A stretch of DNA of 64,000 nt from the NCBI GenBank assembly GCA_965541585.1, contig CBEUCH010000004.1, forward strand, positions 160,001-224,000, given 5' to 3'. This document shows, piece after piece, positions 28,958 to 38,238 of the stretch (positions within the stretch are counted from its first letter, which is position 1; each line of letters opens with the position of its first letter). A program made the position numbers and the translations under genes. Below the pieces are notes generated by a model. The model searched no databases and was not told the DNA's origin. It worked only from the letters and a program-made list of their open reading frames with translations. The DNA is from an uncultured bacterium. Its GTDB lineage: Bacteria; Zixibacteria; MSB-5A5; UBA10806.

Positions 28958-30531
28958 TCCTCGCCGAAGATCTCCGCCTGGAAGACGTACAATTCGGTCT
29001 GTTCGCTTTTCCACGAGTCGCTGGGCAGCCCAGCCTTACGGCATGTCTGCTGGAGAAACTCGATCCGATCCCAACCATATCCAACCGGTACCTGGGGCAA
29101 TAACACCCCTGAGTAGATTCCCTGCCTGATGTAGAGGCCATCCTTGCCAACCTCCACCAATTCAGGATCATATATCCTTTTCATCGGCGTCAGCACGGAA
29201 ATCTCAATATCGAGGAGATCCAGCTCCTCTTTTTCCAGTGGCGAGAACCGGGGATCGGAGAAGGCCGCTTCCAAGGCCATTCTGGCGATAGTCTGATATA
29301 AAGGCTCGGCCGCCCTGAATGTGCCGATACATCCCCTCAGCCTGCCTTGCTTGTTGAGAGTGACAAAGGCTCCTAATTCCGCGTCAAGGGCGGCAGACTT
29401 ATTTTCGAAAGAAGGCATCTCTTCACCGCTTAAGCGGGCGGCAATGGCCCGGCGCACTATGGTGAGAAGCGTCTTCTTATCCTCCGCAGAAAGACCGAAC
29501 TCTGCACCGGTGGCCGGATTATCGTGAACAGCACCGCTCGATTGATCGGATTTCGCCGGTTCCTGTTCGTTTTCAGTATCCAACTCGTAGGTCCCGGATT
29601 CCCCGGACTTGTAGATGATCGCTGAGAGGTAGCCGACAACGTTCGATCTATCGCCGATGACATCACCCGAGTCACCGTATCCGGTTGTTGCCACCGAATT
29701 AGCGCCGAGCTTTTCGGCGGCTATCATAGCGGCTATTATGGGGCCGCCGCCGCAGGCCTCGGTTTTGCGCTTCGCCAAATCCTCAGCCAGGCCGCTATAA
29801 TCGTAGTTTTCCAGCCTGTCTATGACTATGGAATCCAGCTTTTTGGCGGTCTGGGAATCGTGAAAATGCGAAAGATCAGTCGAGGCTACTATCAGGATAT
29901 CATCATTACCCTTGATTGCATCCGCAATGGCGTTCCCTAATGCTTCGCAGGTTTCGTAATTCTGATCCCCCATCATGAGAGCCACTAAGGAGAAATCGCC
30001 GAGTGTGGTCTGTAAAAATGGCAGTTGCACTTCCAATGCATGCTCCGAGCGGCCGCCGGCGACTATATGTCCGGTATTGGAAAAACTTATCATATCGCTG
30101 GCCGAGGCTATCTTTTCTGTAAGCTCCCGGTCTATCCGAATCTCACCAAGTGGCGTTGAGTATGCTTTGCCGTCGAAAGCCGTAACCCCGCCGAAACGAG
30201 CCATGTGCGACGGCGATATGACTATCACCTTGGCGAATGATTCGCCCTCCAGTATCTTGTATCCCTTAGCCGCAATACCCCCGGAATAGATATACCCCGC
30301 ATGGGGGGATACTATGGCCACCGGCCGTCCTGCTATTTCGGGTTTCGACGCCTCGTGGAATTGCTTAGCTATCATCTTGGCCAGTTCCGATGGCGAACCG
30401 GGATAAAAAGCTCCCGCCACCGCCGGAGGCCGGACATAGGCCGAATCTGAACCGCTCATATCATCACCTACTGCAATTTGCCACCGGAGCACAGCTGATA
30501 TGCATAATGCTATGGCGGCTATTCTCATCAT
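28954..30531 (-). CDS. AmmeMemoRadiSam system protein B (MEMO1-like) / protein A (AMMECR1-like) fusion
   Basis: R.PAVAG.FYP, PHAGYIYSG, EHALEVQLPFLQ, STDLSH and ACGG, then GAFVTL...LRGCIG, DPRF and EISVLT. Confidence 0.92.
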   Translation of the reverse strand: MMRIAAIALCISAVLRWQIAVGDDMSGSDSAYVRPPAVAGAFYPGSPSELAKMIAKQFHEASKPEIAGRPVAIVSPHAGYIYSGGIAAKGYKILEGESFAKVIVISPSHMARFGGVTAFDGKAYSTPLGEIRIDRELTEKIASASDMISFSNTGHIVAGGRSEHALEVQLPFLQTTLGDFSLVALMMGDQNYETCEALGNAIADAIKGNDDILIVASTDLSHFHDSQTAKKLDSIVIDRLENYDYSGLAEDLAKRKTEACGGGPIIAAMIAAEKLGANSVATTGYGDSGDVIGDRSNVVGYLSAIIYKSGESGTYELDTENEQEPAKSDQSSGAVHDNPATGAEFGLSAEDKKTLLTIVRRAIAARLSGEEMPSFENKSAALDAELGAFVTLNKQGRLRGCIGTFRAAEPLYQTIARMALEAAFSDPRFSPLEKEELDLLDIEISVLTPMKRIYDPELVEVGKDGLYIRQGIYSGVLLPQVPVGYGWDRIEFLQQTCRKAGLPSDSWKSEQTELYVFQAEIFGED

Positions 30532-30548
30532 TGTTCGCTCCCTGATCG

Positions 30549-30577
30549 ATATTAGTGTCGATAATCGGCAGTGTCAA
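30549..30577 (-). promoter_or_regulatory. sigma70-type promoter of the AmmeMemo-M23-dprA-yigZ-pfkB gene run
   Basis: On the minus strand: TTGACA, 17-bp spacer, TAATAT. Confidence 0.6.
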
Positions 30578-30738
30578 GGATTAAAGACTTTTCAGCTGTT
30601 TTTATATCGGCTGAATGCCGGCGGTTTGCAACGGAAATTGGTTGACAAATAGCCAAAATAAAGTAGCTTGATAGTAGAACATATACAACATTATCTGTTT
30701 TGACCCCCGGTACCGGGAGGTTTATCGGTCTTTTGCAG

Positions 30739-32217
30739 ATGATAAAAAAGCTGACATTCATAATCGCGGCAATGCTTTTCGCTTCCGCTCATGCCCAGTG
30801 GACCGAGCCGGTAAGGATTTCTCATGGGCTTGGATTATTGGGACCTCAGGCTGTAGCCGTTGGGGATACGCTACACGTTGTGGCCAGCGGGACGACAGAC
30901 ATCTATTATTTAAAATCGTCGGATAATGGGCAAACCTGGACAGATCCGACTATTCCGATACCCGATTCATTTTATGGCTCTCAAATGCCTTATATTTCTT
31001 ATTCTAACGGCTATCTTCATCTAATTTGGAAAGCATATTTCGACGGGTCAAGAAACCAAATCTGTCATATGAAAAGCTCTGACGGCGGTGTTTCCTGGAG
31101 TCAACCTCGACGGTTATTCGATAACGAGAGTAGTTTTTTAAAATATCCACGTATTGCCATAAAAGGAGACTCACTATTTGCGAGTTGTGTCATTTCATCA
31201 AAACTATTGACCTTTGCGAGCTTCGATAACGGTGAAACCTGGGAGGATTCTGTTGAGGTAGAAAATGGCCCGGTATCTTTCGACCATCCTCCCTGTATCC
31301 TATACTCGCAAGGCAGGAATCACCTCGTTTATCAGGTCGATGAAAGTTTTGACACTCTGGGGATCGAGATATGCTACAGATACAGCGACGATTATGGACA
31401 AACCTGGTCGGATAGACAATATTTATCGACACCGGAACATCATAACCAGGGTAAGGACGCGCAAGGTCCGTCTGCCTACGCCGATTCGGCAGGGAATATA
31501 ATGGCTTTGTGGTTTGACTATGAGTACGGGAGCGAGTGCGGGGTTACGGGTGATATTCTCGGAAGGATAAGCCGGGATAATGGTGAGACTTGGCTGCCCG
31601 TTACCAGACTTACGTACACGCAAACGGGATCGCGATCAACTTGTTTGGTATTAAACAATAGGCTCTATGCTATTTGGCAGGACGATTATTGGCTCGGTTG
31701 TATGGACCATAAACTAACTTATTCAGAATCTGTCGATTGGGGAGTTGGATGGAGTGATCCTGAGATAATCTCGGGACCTATGGAGCTGGATGAGTATGAG
31801 CCTTTTCTTCTATATAATGAAAGCCTCGGCGATATGATTCTTCATTGTGTCTACAGGAGAAAATTGCAGGAGGGTAACCGCGATTTGTATTACATCAGAA
31901 GCCAGGAATTCACCGAGATCAGAGGAGAAACCGGCACCCTATTACCTGAAAATCTAATTCTACGTACTTATCCCAATCCATTCAATTCAACTGTGACAAT
32001 TGACTACAAAAACCAAGAGGGAGGTGATATTGAAATCGAGATATACAATCTACTCGGGCAGAGAATCAATTCGTTCACAACCGAGGGGGCAAAGGAGGGA
32101 AGAATAGTATGGGACGCCCGGAATGCCCTGGGAAATAGAGTCTCATCGGGGATCTATTTCGCCAGGGCAAGAGCCTCTCGGAATTCCAGCATCATAAAAC
32201 TATTATATTTGAAGTAA
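30739..32217 (+). CDS. Secreted BNR/Asp-box (sialidase-fold) repeat protein with T9SS type-A-like C-terminal domain
   Basis: Signal peptide 'SAHA-QW'. Repeated S.D.G.TW Asp boxes. YPNPFN...SGIYF C-terminus. Confidence 0.85.
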   Translation: MIKKLTFIIAAMLFASAHAQWTEPVRISHGLGLLGPQAVAVGDTLHVVASGTTDIYYLKSSDNGQTWTDPTIPIPDSFYGSQMPYISYSNGYLHLIWKAYFDGSRNQICHMKSSDGGVSWSQPRRLFDNESSFLKYPRIAIKGDSLFASCVISSKLLTFASFDNGETWEDSVEVENGPVSFDHPPCILYSQGRNHLVYQVDESFDTLGIEICYRYSDDYGQTWSDRQYLSTPEHHNQGKDAQGPSAYADSAGNIMALWFDYEYGSECGVTGDILGRISRDNGETWLPVTRLTYTQTGSRSTCLVLNNRLYAIWQDDYWLGCMDHKLTYSESVDWGVGWSDPEIISGPMELDEYEPFLLYNESLGDMILHCVYRRKLQEGNRDLYYIRSQEFTEIRGETGTLLPENLILRTYPNPFNSTVTIDYKNQEGGDIEIEIYNLLGQRINSFTTEGAKEGRIVWDARNALGNRVSSGIYFARARASRNSSIIKLLYLK

Positions 32218-32231
32218 TAATAATCATGTTT

Positions 32232-32258
32232 GTAGGGGCGAGGTTACCTCGCCCCTAC
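32232..32258. repeat. GTAG-type REP-like perfect palindrome
   Basis: GTAGGGGCGAGGT-T-ACCTCGCCCCTAC. Confidence 0.8.
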
Positions 32259-32285
32259 TGAATAGGCGGTCATAACGAGTTATGA

Positions 32286-32363
32286 CACGCAGGTAAATGG
32301 AAACTCGATCTTATCGAAAACCATAATCCGGATTGGAACGATTTATACTACGAGTTGCTGTGA
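32286..32363 (+). pseudogene. 3' remnant of a small GIY-YIG nuclease gene
   Basis: Reads ...KWKLDLIENHNPDWNDLYYELL*, matching the 'WK..LIE..NP.W.DL' C-terminus of stand-alone GIY-YIG proteins. In-frame TGA at 32283 and no start codon. Confidence 0.65.
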
Positions 32364-32365
32364 TT

Positions 32366-32394
32366 CTGGATTCCCGATCGGGGTCGGGAATGAC
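32366..32394. repeat. CTGGATTCCCG...GGGAATGAC palindromic element
   Basis: ATTCCC-N10-GGGAAT hairpin directly after the GIY-YIG remnant. Confidence 0.7.
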
Positions 32395-32424
32395 AATATT
32401 CTGGAATTGTCCGTGGCGCTAAAA

Positions 32425-32450
32425 GTAGGCCAAATCCCCCGGGATTTGAC
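32425..32450 (+). repeat. Single 26-nt GTAG REP related to the RAYT-flanking REPs
   Basis: GTAGGCCAAATCCCCCGGGATTTGAC versus the REPIN right arm GTAGGTCAGTTCCCCCGGGAACTGAC. Confidence 0.75.
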
Positions 32451-32552
32451 TAATTACCAATCAATATCCGGGGAATCCAGATCCGCTTTACCATGCTGTT
32501 ATCACAATTACCGATTTACATCCGCTCATCAATCTGATATTTTCATAGGGTC

Positions 32553-33437
32553 ATGAAAACCGCTGTGATCTTCAATCCCGTCGGCGGCCGGGGGCGTTCG
32601 CTGGATATTCTGCCGAAGGTCCTGGCCTGGGCCGAAAAGCAGAATGTTCCGTTCGAATTTTTCACGACTACCCGCCCCGGCGATGGCGTCAGGTTAGCTA
32701 AACTGTGCAAATACCGGCGGTTCGAACAGGTGGTGGTGGTCAGCGGCGATGGCACAATAAACGAGGTGGGCTCGGTTCTCAAAGGCACCGAAATCGTTAT
32801 GGGAGTCATCCCCGGCGGCTCCGGAAACGACTTCTATAAGATGCTCGGCAACAACGACCATCCGGAGAATGGGTTCAAGACCGCCTTTTTCGGTGCTCCT
32901 CATGAAGTCGATGTCGGCCTGGTCAACGATCGCCCCTTCTTTAATACGGTGGGTATCGGTTTCGATGCCGACGTGGCGCAGCGGGCCAACCGTTCGACCG
33001 GCATGCCCGGTATGCTCGTATACCTGGCGGCTGTCTTCCAGTCATGGAGAAATCTAAAGCCTCTGGAGCTTGAAATAGAACTCGACAAGCACAAATTTAC
33101 TGCGAAAGTTACACTTGTCTGTATCGGGAACGGGCGAAGCTCCGGCGGCGGATTTTACTTAACCCCGCAGGCGTATTTCGATGACGGTCTATTCGATATC
33201 TGCCTGATCGAGGCCATGCCCAGAAGCAAAATAGTCACCTACCTTCCCCGAACACTGAACGGATCGCATATCCGGCTGCCGGGAGTCAGAATGTACAGAA
33301 GCAGAAAAATAGTTATAAGCTCGTATCAGAAATTCCCGGTGCATATCGACGGTGAATCGCTGGCGGCGCCGATCGACCTGGCGGAGTTCACTATGGAATC
33401 AAGAAAATTGAAAGTGGCAGTCGCCGGACAAATTTGA
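32553..33437 (+). CDS. Diacylglycerol kinase family (YegS/BmrU-like) lipid kinase
   Basis: NPVGG.G, GDGTINEV, PGGSGNDF, GIGFDA, HIDGE. Confidence 0.92.
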   Translation: MKTAVIFNPVGGRGRSLDILPKVLAWAEKQNVPFEFFTTTRPGDGVRLAKLCKYRRFEQVVVVSGDGTINEVGSVLKGTEIVMGVIPGGSGNDFYKMLGNNDHPENGFKTAFFGAPHEVDVGLVNDRPFFNTVGIGFDADVAQRANRSTGMPGMLVYLAAVFQSWRNLKPLELEIELDKHKFTAKVTLVCIGNGRSSGGGFYLTPQAYFDDGLFDICLIEAMPRSKIVTYLPRTLNGSHIRLPGVRMYRSRKIVISSYQKFPVHIDGESLAAPIDLAEFTMESRKLKVAVAGQI

Positions 33438-33943
33438 TGACTAAACCGATCCGGCAGATAACTCTTTCAGCTATGCTGATCTTGGCGATCGTCCCTCGAG
33501 GGTATTGCCAGGCGCCGGACTCGGTGAAGATACGAAAAGTAAATCCCACCGGTGCCCTCTTGAGATCGGCAGTCGTTCCCGGGTGGGGCCAATTATATAA
33601 TAGAAAGTATATCAAGGCAGTCATTTTCGCAGGCGGCCAGGGCTGGCTGGCATACGGGATCTATGATGACTGGAAAGAGGCCAACCGCCACGAGAAGAAT
33701 TTCAAAGGGGCCGCCGATGATCCTTTATACCAGGCGGCGGAGTTCGATAAATTCGAGCACGCTCGCGACAGCCGCAACCTGAAAATGTGGATTATGGCTG
33801 CGGCTATCTTTTATTCCATGTTCGACGCCTATGTCGATGCCCAACTATCCGATTTCGAGCAGACTGATAAATCATTCGAGGTCTATATTGGCCCGGGTGA
33901 AATGAACGATTTTGAAGTATCGTTAACGTTTCATATAAAATGA
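33434..33943 (+). CDS. DUF5683-like membrane protein
   Basis: 'P..AL.RSAV.PGWGQLYN.KY.KA' and 'DAYVDA.L..F'. Confidence 0.75.
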   Translation: MMTKPIRQITLSAMLILAIVPRGYCQAPDSVKIRKVNPTGALLRSAVVPGWGQLYNRKYIKAVIFAGGQGWLAYGIYDDWKEANRHEKNFKGAADDPLYQAAEFDKFEHARDSRNLKMWIMAAAIFYSMFDAYVDAQLSDFEQTDKSFEVYIGPGEMNDFEVSLTFHIK

Positions 33944-34533
33944 ACATTTTAGGCATTTCAGGAAGCCCCACAGGCGGGTCATCAACAGATATACTGGTTA
34001 ATACTATCCTCGAGGGCGCAACGGCCAATCATGTTAAAACGAGGTTTGTTCGTCTAAACGATAAAAATATCCTGCCGTGCCAGTCCTGCGGTAAAAGCCC
34101 CGAACCCGATTACTGTTTCTTCCACGACGATATGGACGAACTTTACGGCCTGATGGAGAAATCCGAAGCGATAATACTGGGTTCGCCGATCTATTTCGAT
34201 TCGGTATCGGCTCAAACGAAGCTGTTTATTGATCGCACCAACTGCCTGCGACCGATCGATTTTTCGATTGAAGATAAGACCGTATTCAAAAAACCGCTGT
34301 TTGCAGGAAAGAAAGGCGGAATAGTAATCGTGGGCGGTGAGCAGGGAAGTTTCGATACCACCCTCCGAACCGCCAGGGGTTTTTTCCTCTGGGCCGGAAT
34401 GGAAATCGTCTTCGAATTGAAATATATCGCCTCGGGCCTCCGCGCGGGCGGCGCCAGAAATGACGATGCTATTCTAAAAAAGGCACGTGAATGCGGAGAA
34501 AAGCTCCTGGCTGCGATTAAGAGCAAGAAGTGA
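33940..34533 (+). CDS. Flavodoxin family / iron-sulfur flavoprotein-like NADPH-dependent FMN reductase
   Basis: ILGISGSP, C..C...C...DDM, GSPIYF..VSAQ.K.FIDR. Confidence 0.88.
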   Translation: MNILGISGSPTGGSSTDILVNTILEGATANHVKTRFVRLNDKNILPCQSCGKSPEPDYCFFHDDMDELYGLMEKSEAIILGSPIYFDSVSAQTKLFIDRTNCLRPIDFSIEDKTVFKKPLFAGKKGGIVIVGGEQGSFDTTLRTARGFFLWAGMEIVFELKYIASGLRAGGARNDDAILKKARECGEKLLAAIKSKK

Positions 34534-34555
34534 TGCTATGTTGATATCATAGTCC

Positions 34556-35575
34556 TTAATCGGACGACGAGCGTTTCTGAAGTTTTTCGATATACTCTCT
34601 GGTTTTCTTATAAGTCTTTTTTTGTCTTTTGGCGACCTCTTCGGAGACATTATATGACATCAACTCTTCAAATTCACGTTTCGCCAGCTCATTTTTCCCC
34701 ATTCCGAACAGGCAAACACCCCTGCGATAACGGCAGAAGATGAGGTTATAGAAATTCTGCTCGCCTGCTTGTATAAGTGATTCGATCAACTCACCGTAGT
34801 ATCTCTCCGTAAAGCTGAGATTTCCCATGCGCCAATAGGCGCCGCCCAGTATCCAGAGCGATGCACGGCCGCCGGATGTCTCCTCGTAAAGCTGTCGGCC
34901 AACCCTGATGGCTTCGGAAAACAGCTTCTTGTGAATAAGTGCCCAGGCAAGACCGAGCGCCGCGGGTTTTCTCGAAAATAGTGAGCTGTCAACAGCAAGT
35001 TTAAGCTCCTCCAATCCCTTTTCCCTGTTGTCCGGTAAAAAAGGGATATACTTGCCGAGCTTTGCGGAGGACCAGTAATGATAATTGCCCATCCCGGTAT
35101 AAGCATCGTATAAAGTGGAGTCTATTTTCAAAGTTTTTGCGAACTTGCCCTTGGCCTTTAGCCCTTCGATGAACGATTTCAGCCAGCTTTTTTGCTGGCC
35201 ATGCCAGGTGGCTTTATAGCCGTATGCCGAACCCAGAAAGAAGTATCCCCAGGGATCATCAGGGTTTTCCTTCGTCCAATCTTTCAGAGCATCTATGGAT
35301 GAATCAACATGGCCCAGGAACGTCTCGCTCCGGCCATACTCTTCGGTGTCTAACATCTCGGCATGCAGAATACCGGCATAAAGCAGATTATAAATCGGTT
35401 GCCCCGGAATTGTATCGTTCAATTGATCACAACTGCCATAAGCGTGCTGGAAACGGTCGGTAAAAACATAGTCGACCGTTTCGGATAATATTACCAATTG
35501 TTCCCGGGACGGTCTTAACGTGGCCGACCAGCAGGAGGCCGTAAGCCACATCCATAAAGAAAGGATTCGTATCAT
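34556..35575 (-). CDS. Secreted TPR-like protein
   Basis: Signal peptide and helical repeats. Paralogous to 35572-36621. Confidence 0.75.
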   Translation of the reverse strand: MIRILSLWMWLTASCWSATLRPSREQLVILSETVDYVFTDRFQHAYGSCDQLNDTIPGQPIYNLLYAGILHAEMLDTEEYGRSETFLGHVDSSIDALKDWTKENPDDPWGYFFLGSAYGYKATWHGQQKSWLKSFIEGLKAKGKFAKTLKIDSTLYDAYTGMGNYHYWSSAKLGKYIPFLPDNREKGLEELKLAVDSSLFSRKPAALGLAWALIHKKLFSEAIRVGRQLYEETSGGRASLWILGGAYWRMGNLSFTERYYGELIESLIQAGEQNFYNLIFCRYRRGVCLFGMGKNELAKREFEELMSYNVSEEVAKRQKKTYKKTREYIEKLQKRSSSD

Positions 35576-36621
35576 TCCTGGGCTGCAAGCATTTTTTGCT
35601 GTACAGAACGCAGCAAAGGCCCGACTTTCTTAAGCGCCTCCTCGATATCTTTCCTGCCGGACAGGCTCTCCGCCATAAGGGAGGCTGTCAGAAGTTGATC
35701 AATGGCATTCCGGTAATTTCCCAGTTCAGATTGACATAACCCTATAAAATAGCGGCTTTCCATTTCACCGGCCGGGTCGTGATGGGGAGATCTTAAGTAT
35801 ACCGAGAGAATTGTCTCAAACGATTCCAGGGCTTCATTGAACCGGCCGAGTTTCATATAAGCCTGGCCCACCCAGAATAGCGAAAATGGATCCTGTGGAT
35901 TGAATTGTCGAACCTCATTTTCCCAATGGTCCAGTACTTTATCGTATTTCCCATAGTCGAAATATATCCTCATTAAGGCGTATCGGCCCTCGTGCGATGA
36001 AAACTTTCCTCCCCGGATTGCTTTCCAGGTCTCCTCGATGCCTTGATTCCTCTTATCTGAGAAGAACGGTAACCACCACAGGATTTTGGTTTTGGCGCTT
36101 CGCCAATAATCATAGGTTCCAAATCCGAAATAGATATCCATATACGAACTGTCCGCTTCAAGTGCTTTTCCCAGAAGACTTCGGCCCTTTAGGCCATCCT
36201 TAAACGCGCCCCACCAGTCGCCATCAAACGATCTGAATATCCCTCTGTAACCGACAGCTCCGCCGTAATAGAACAGATCCTCCGCAGTGGCCTGCCCGCT
36301 TTTTTCCTTTTGCTCTCCTATTTCGATAGCCCTGTCCACATGTTCATTGAAATCATTTTTATATGAAAAATTCCTGTAATCCGAGGTCAGGTTGGAATAA
36401 GCTGCCGCCACGAAAAAATAGCCGCGGGGCGATGTTGGATCGGCCTTGACGACCTCTCCAAAAATGGCCAAAGCGGAGTCAAAATTCTCTGCATGGACTT
36501 GCATAATGGCAGCCCAGATCAGGCTATCGACAGGATCGTAGATGTAGCCGGGATTGTAACCCGGCTGGCAAAAAGTGGTTGGGCAAAAAAGTAAAATCAT
36601 GGCGCAGGTTCGCACAATCAT
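35572..36621 (-). CDS. Secreted TPR protein
   Basis: Signal peptide. 'LFWVGQAYMKLGRFNEALESF'-type TPRs. Confidence 0.78.
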   Translation of the reverse strand: MIVRTCAMILLFCPTTFCQPGYNPGYIYDPVDSLIWAAIMQVHAENFDSALAIFGEVVKADPTSPRGYFFVAAAYSNLTSDYRNFSYKNDFNEHVDRAIEIGEQKEKSGQATAEDLFYYGGAVGYRGIFRSFDGDWWGAFKDGLKGRSLLGKALEADSSYMDIYFGFGTYDYWRSAKTKILWWLPFFSDKRNQGIEETWKAIRGGKFSSHEGRYALMRIYFDYGKYDKVLDHWENEVRQFNPQDPFSLFWVGQAYMKLGRFNEALESFETILSVYLRSPHHDPAGEMESRYFIGLCQSELGNYRNAIDQLLTASLMAESLSGRKDIEEALKKVGPLLRSVQQKMLAAQE

Positions 36622-36762
36622 AAGCTTGAAATAAAGCCGCTGTTCAGCTTTTGTGCAAGCGATTTTAATTGAATCAAACAGTTAAATTCTATGGTGAAAA
36701 TGACGAATAATATCATGACGGAGTTAATGAACATCCGTTTTAAAGATAAAGGGGAAGCAACT

Positions 36763-38079
36763 ATGGCCAACATCCTTGTGGTTGACGATCAAAAAACATT
36801 GCGAAAAAACCTCGCCTTTTACCTTAAGAGCCAGGGACTTGACGTTGATACTGCGGGGTCGGGAGAAGAAGCCTTAGAGAAAATCAGAACCACTTCCTTC
36901 GATATTATAATCTCCGATTACAAGATGGGCAAAATGACCGGGCACGATTTAATGAAACATGTCAAGCGAATCTGCCCTTCATCGGCCTTCATTATGATAA
37001 CCGCCTTCGGCAATATACCTCTGGCTGTCGAGGTGATTCGCGAGGGAGCGGCCGATTTTATACCGAAACCGTTCGAATACGTTTCAATCCTCCAGAGGAT
37101 CGAAAGTCTTCTGGCGCATGTCGAATCGTTCGATGGCCCCGACGAGGAAGATCAGTGGCAGATGATCACGCATTCGCAAAAAATGAAGGATATACAGGAT
37201 CTCGCTCTTAAGGCCGCAACTTCGGACATCACTGTCTTGATACAGGGCGAATACGGCGGAGGCAAACGGTTATTCGCCAAGGTTATTCACAGCATGAGCA
37301 GTAGATCACGCTGTGATTTCGTTACTGTGGAATGTTCCAACAGTTCGGAGACCGCTCTTGAACGTGAGATTTTCGGCACGGACGATCCCGGTGAGCCCGG
37401 CGCCATGCATTTAGCCAATGGCGGCACTCTATTTTTCAGAGATATCGATAAGCTCTATCCCAACCTCCAATTGAGGCTGCAGCGCTTTCTCAATGAGGGG
37501 ACTTACCTTCCGGCAAATAGCTCCACTGCCAGAAAGTCGGATATCCGCATAATCGCCTCAGCGACAGATGGCCTCGATAAGCTGATCGATATCGGATCCT
37601 TCCGAAAGGATTTGTATTACCAGCTCAATATTATGCCGGTTTATATACCACCTCTGAGATCGAGGATTTCCGATCTGGAACCGCTCATCGATCATTTCAT
37701 TGCGAAATACAATGCAAAGCTCAGTAAGAATATTTCTGGAATATCATCCGACGCCATGTCCTGGATGGAGAGTTACAATTGGCCGGGAAACGTGCAGGAG
37801 CTTGAGAATATACTCTCCCGCGCCTGCGCCCTGGCGACCGGTGGAACTCTCGATGAATCGCTGATCTTTACATTGCCGCAGGATAGGCCTGCGGAAGATG
37901 AGCCGGCAGGTTATCTCAATATGACGCTCAAAGATAATCAAAAAACTCTAATCCTCAAGGCCCTCAAGCAGAACAATAATAACTACTCCAGAACTGCCAC
38001 CCAGCTGGGAATATCCCGAACTACTCTCTGGAGGCGGATGAAGAAATTCAAGATCGAGGGGATTCAGGTAGAAAAATAG
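36763..38079 (+). CDS. NtrC-family response regulator (REC-AAA+-Fis HTH) with degenerate ATPase and sigma54-contact motifs
   Basis: REC domain (VVDD, SD, ITA, KPF), FRKDLYYQL, WPGNV.EL.N, LGISRTTLWR. Walker A reads GEYGGGKR and GAFTGA is absent. ATG at 36763 has a GGGGA RBS. Confidence 0.9.
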   Translation: MANILVVDDQKTLRKNLAFYLKSQGLDVDTAGSGEEALEKIRTTSFDIIISDYKMGKMTGHDLMKHVKRICPSSAFIMITAFGNIPLAVEVIREGAADFIPKPFEYVSILQRIESLLAHVESFDGPDEEDQWQMITHSQKMKDIQDLALKAATSDITVLIQGEYGGGKRLFAKVIHSMSSRSRCDFVTVECSNSSETALEREIFGTDDPGEPGAMHLANGGTLFFRDIDKLYPNLQLRLQRFLNEGTYLPANSSTARKSDIRIIASATDGLDKLIDIGSFRKDLYYQLNIMPVYIPPLRSRISDLEPLIDHFIAKYNAKLSKNISGISSDAMSWMESYNWPGNVQELENILSRACALATGGTLDESLIFTLPQDRPAEDEPAGYLNMTLKDNQKTLILKALKQNNNNYSRTATQLGISRTTLWRRMKKFKIEGIQVEK

Positions 38080-38110
38080 CGTCATAAATAATAGAGCAAG
38101 ACTATGATCG

Positions 38111-38138
38111 GGGGAGCTTCATTGTGCTCCCCTTTTTT
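38111..38138 (+). terminator. Rho-independent terminator
   Basis: GGGGAGC...GCTCCCC followed by TTTTTT. Confidence 0.75.
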
Positions 38139-38201
38139 ATATCTGCCCATCATCTTCGAGGGCACTTTCGACCATCGTCCGACACAGCCCGTTTTTCCGG
38201 A

Positions 38202-38230
38202 TTGACAGCAGATTCGACACCAGCTAAAAT
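38202..38230 (+). promoter_or_regulatory. sigma70-type promoter of the histidine kinase (near-leaderless)
   Basis: TTGACA, 17-bp spacer, TAAAAT. The ATG lies 8 nt downstream. Confidence 0.65.
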
Positions 38231-38238
38231 TCCCATAC

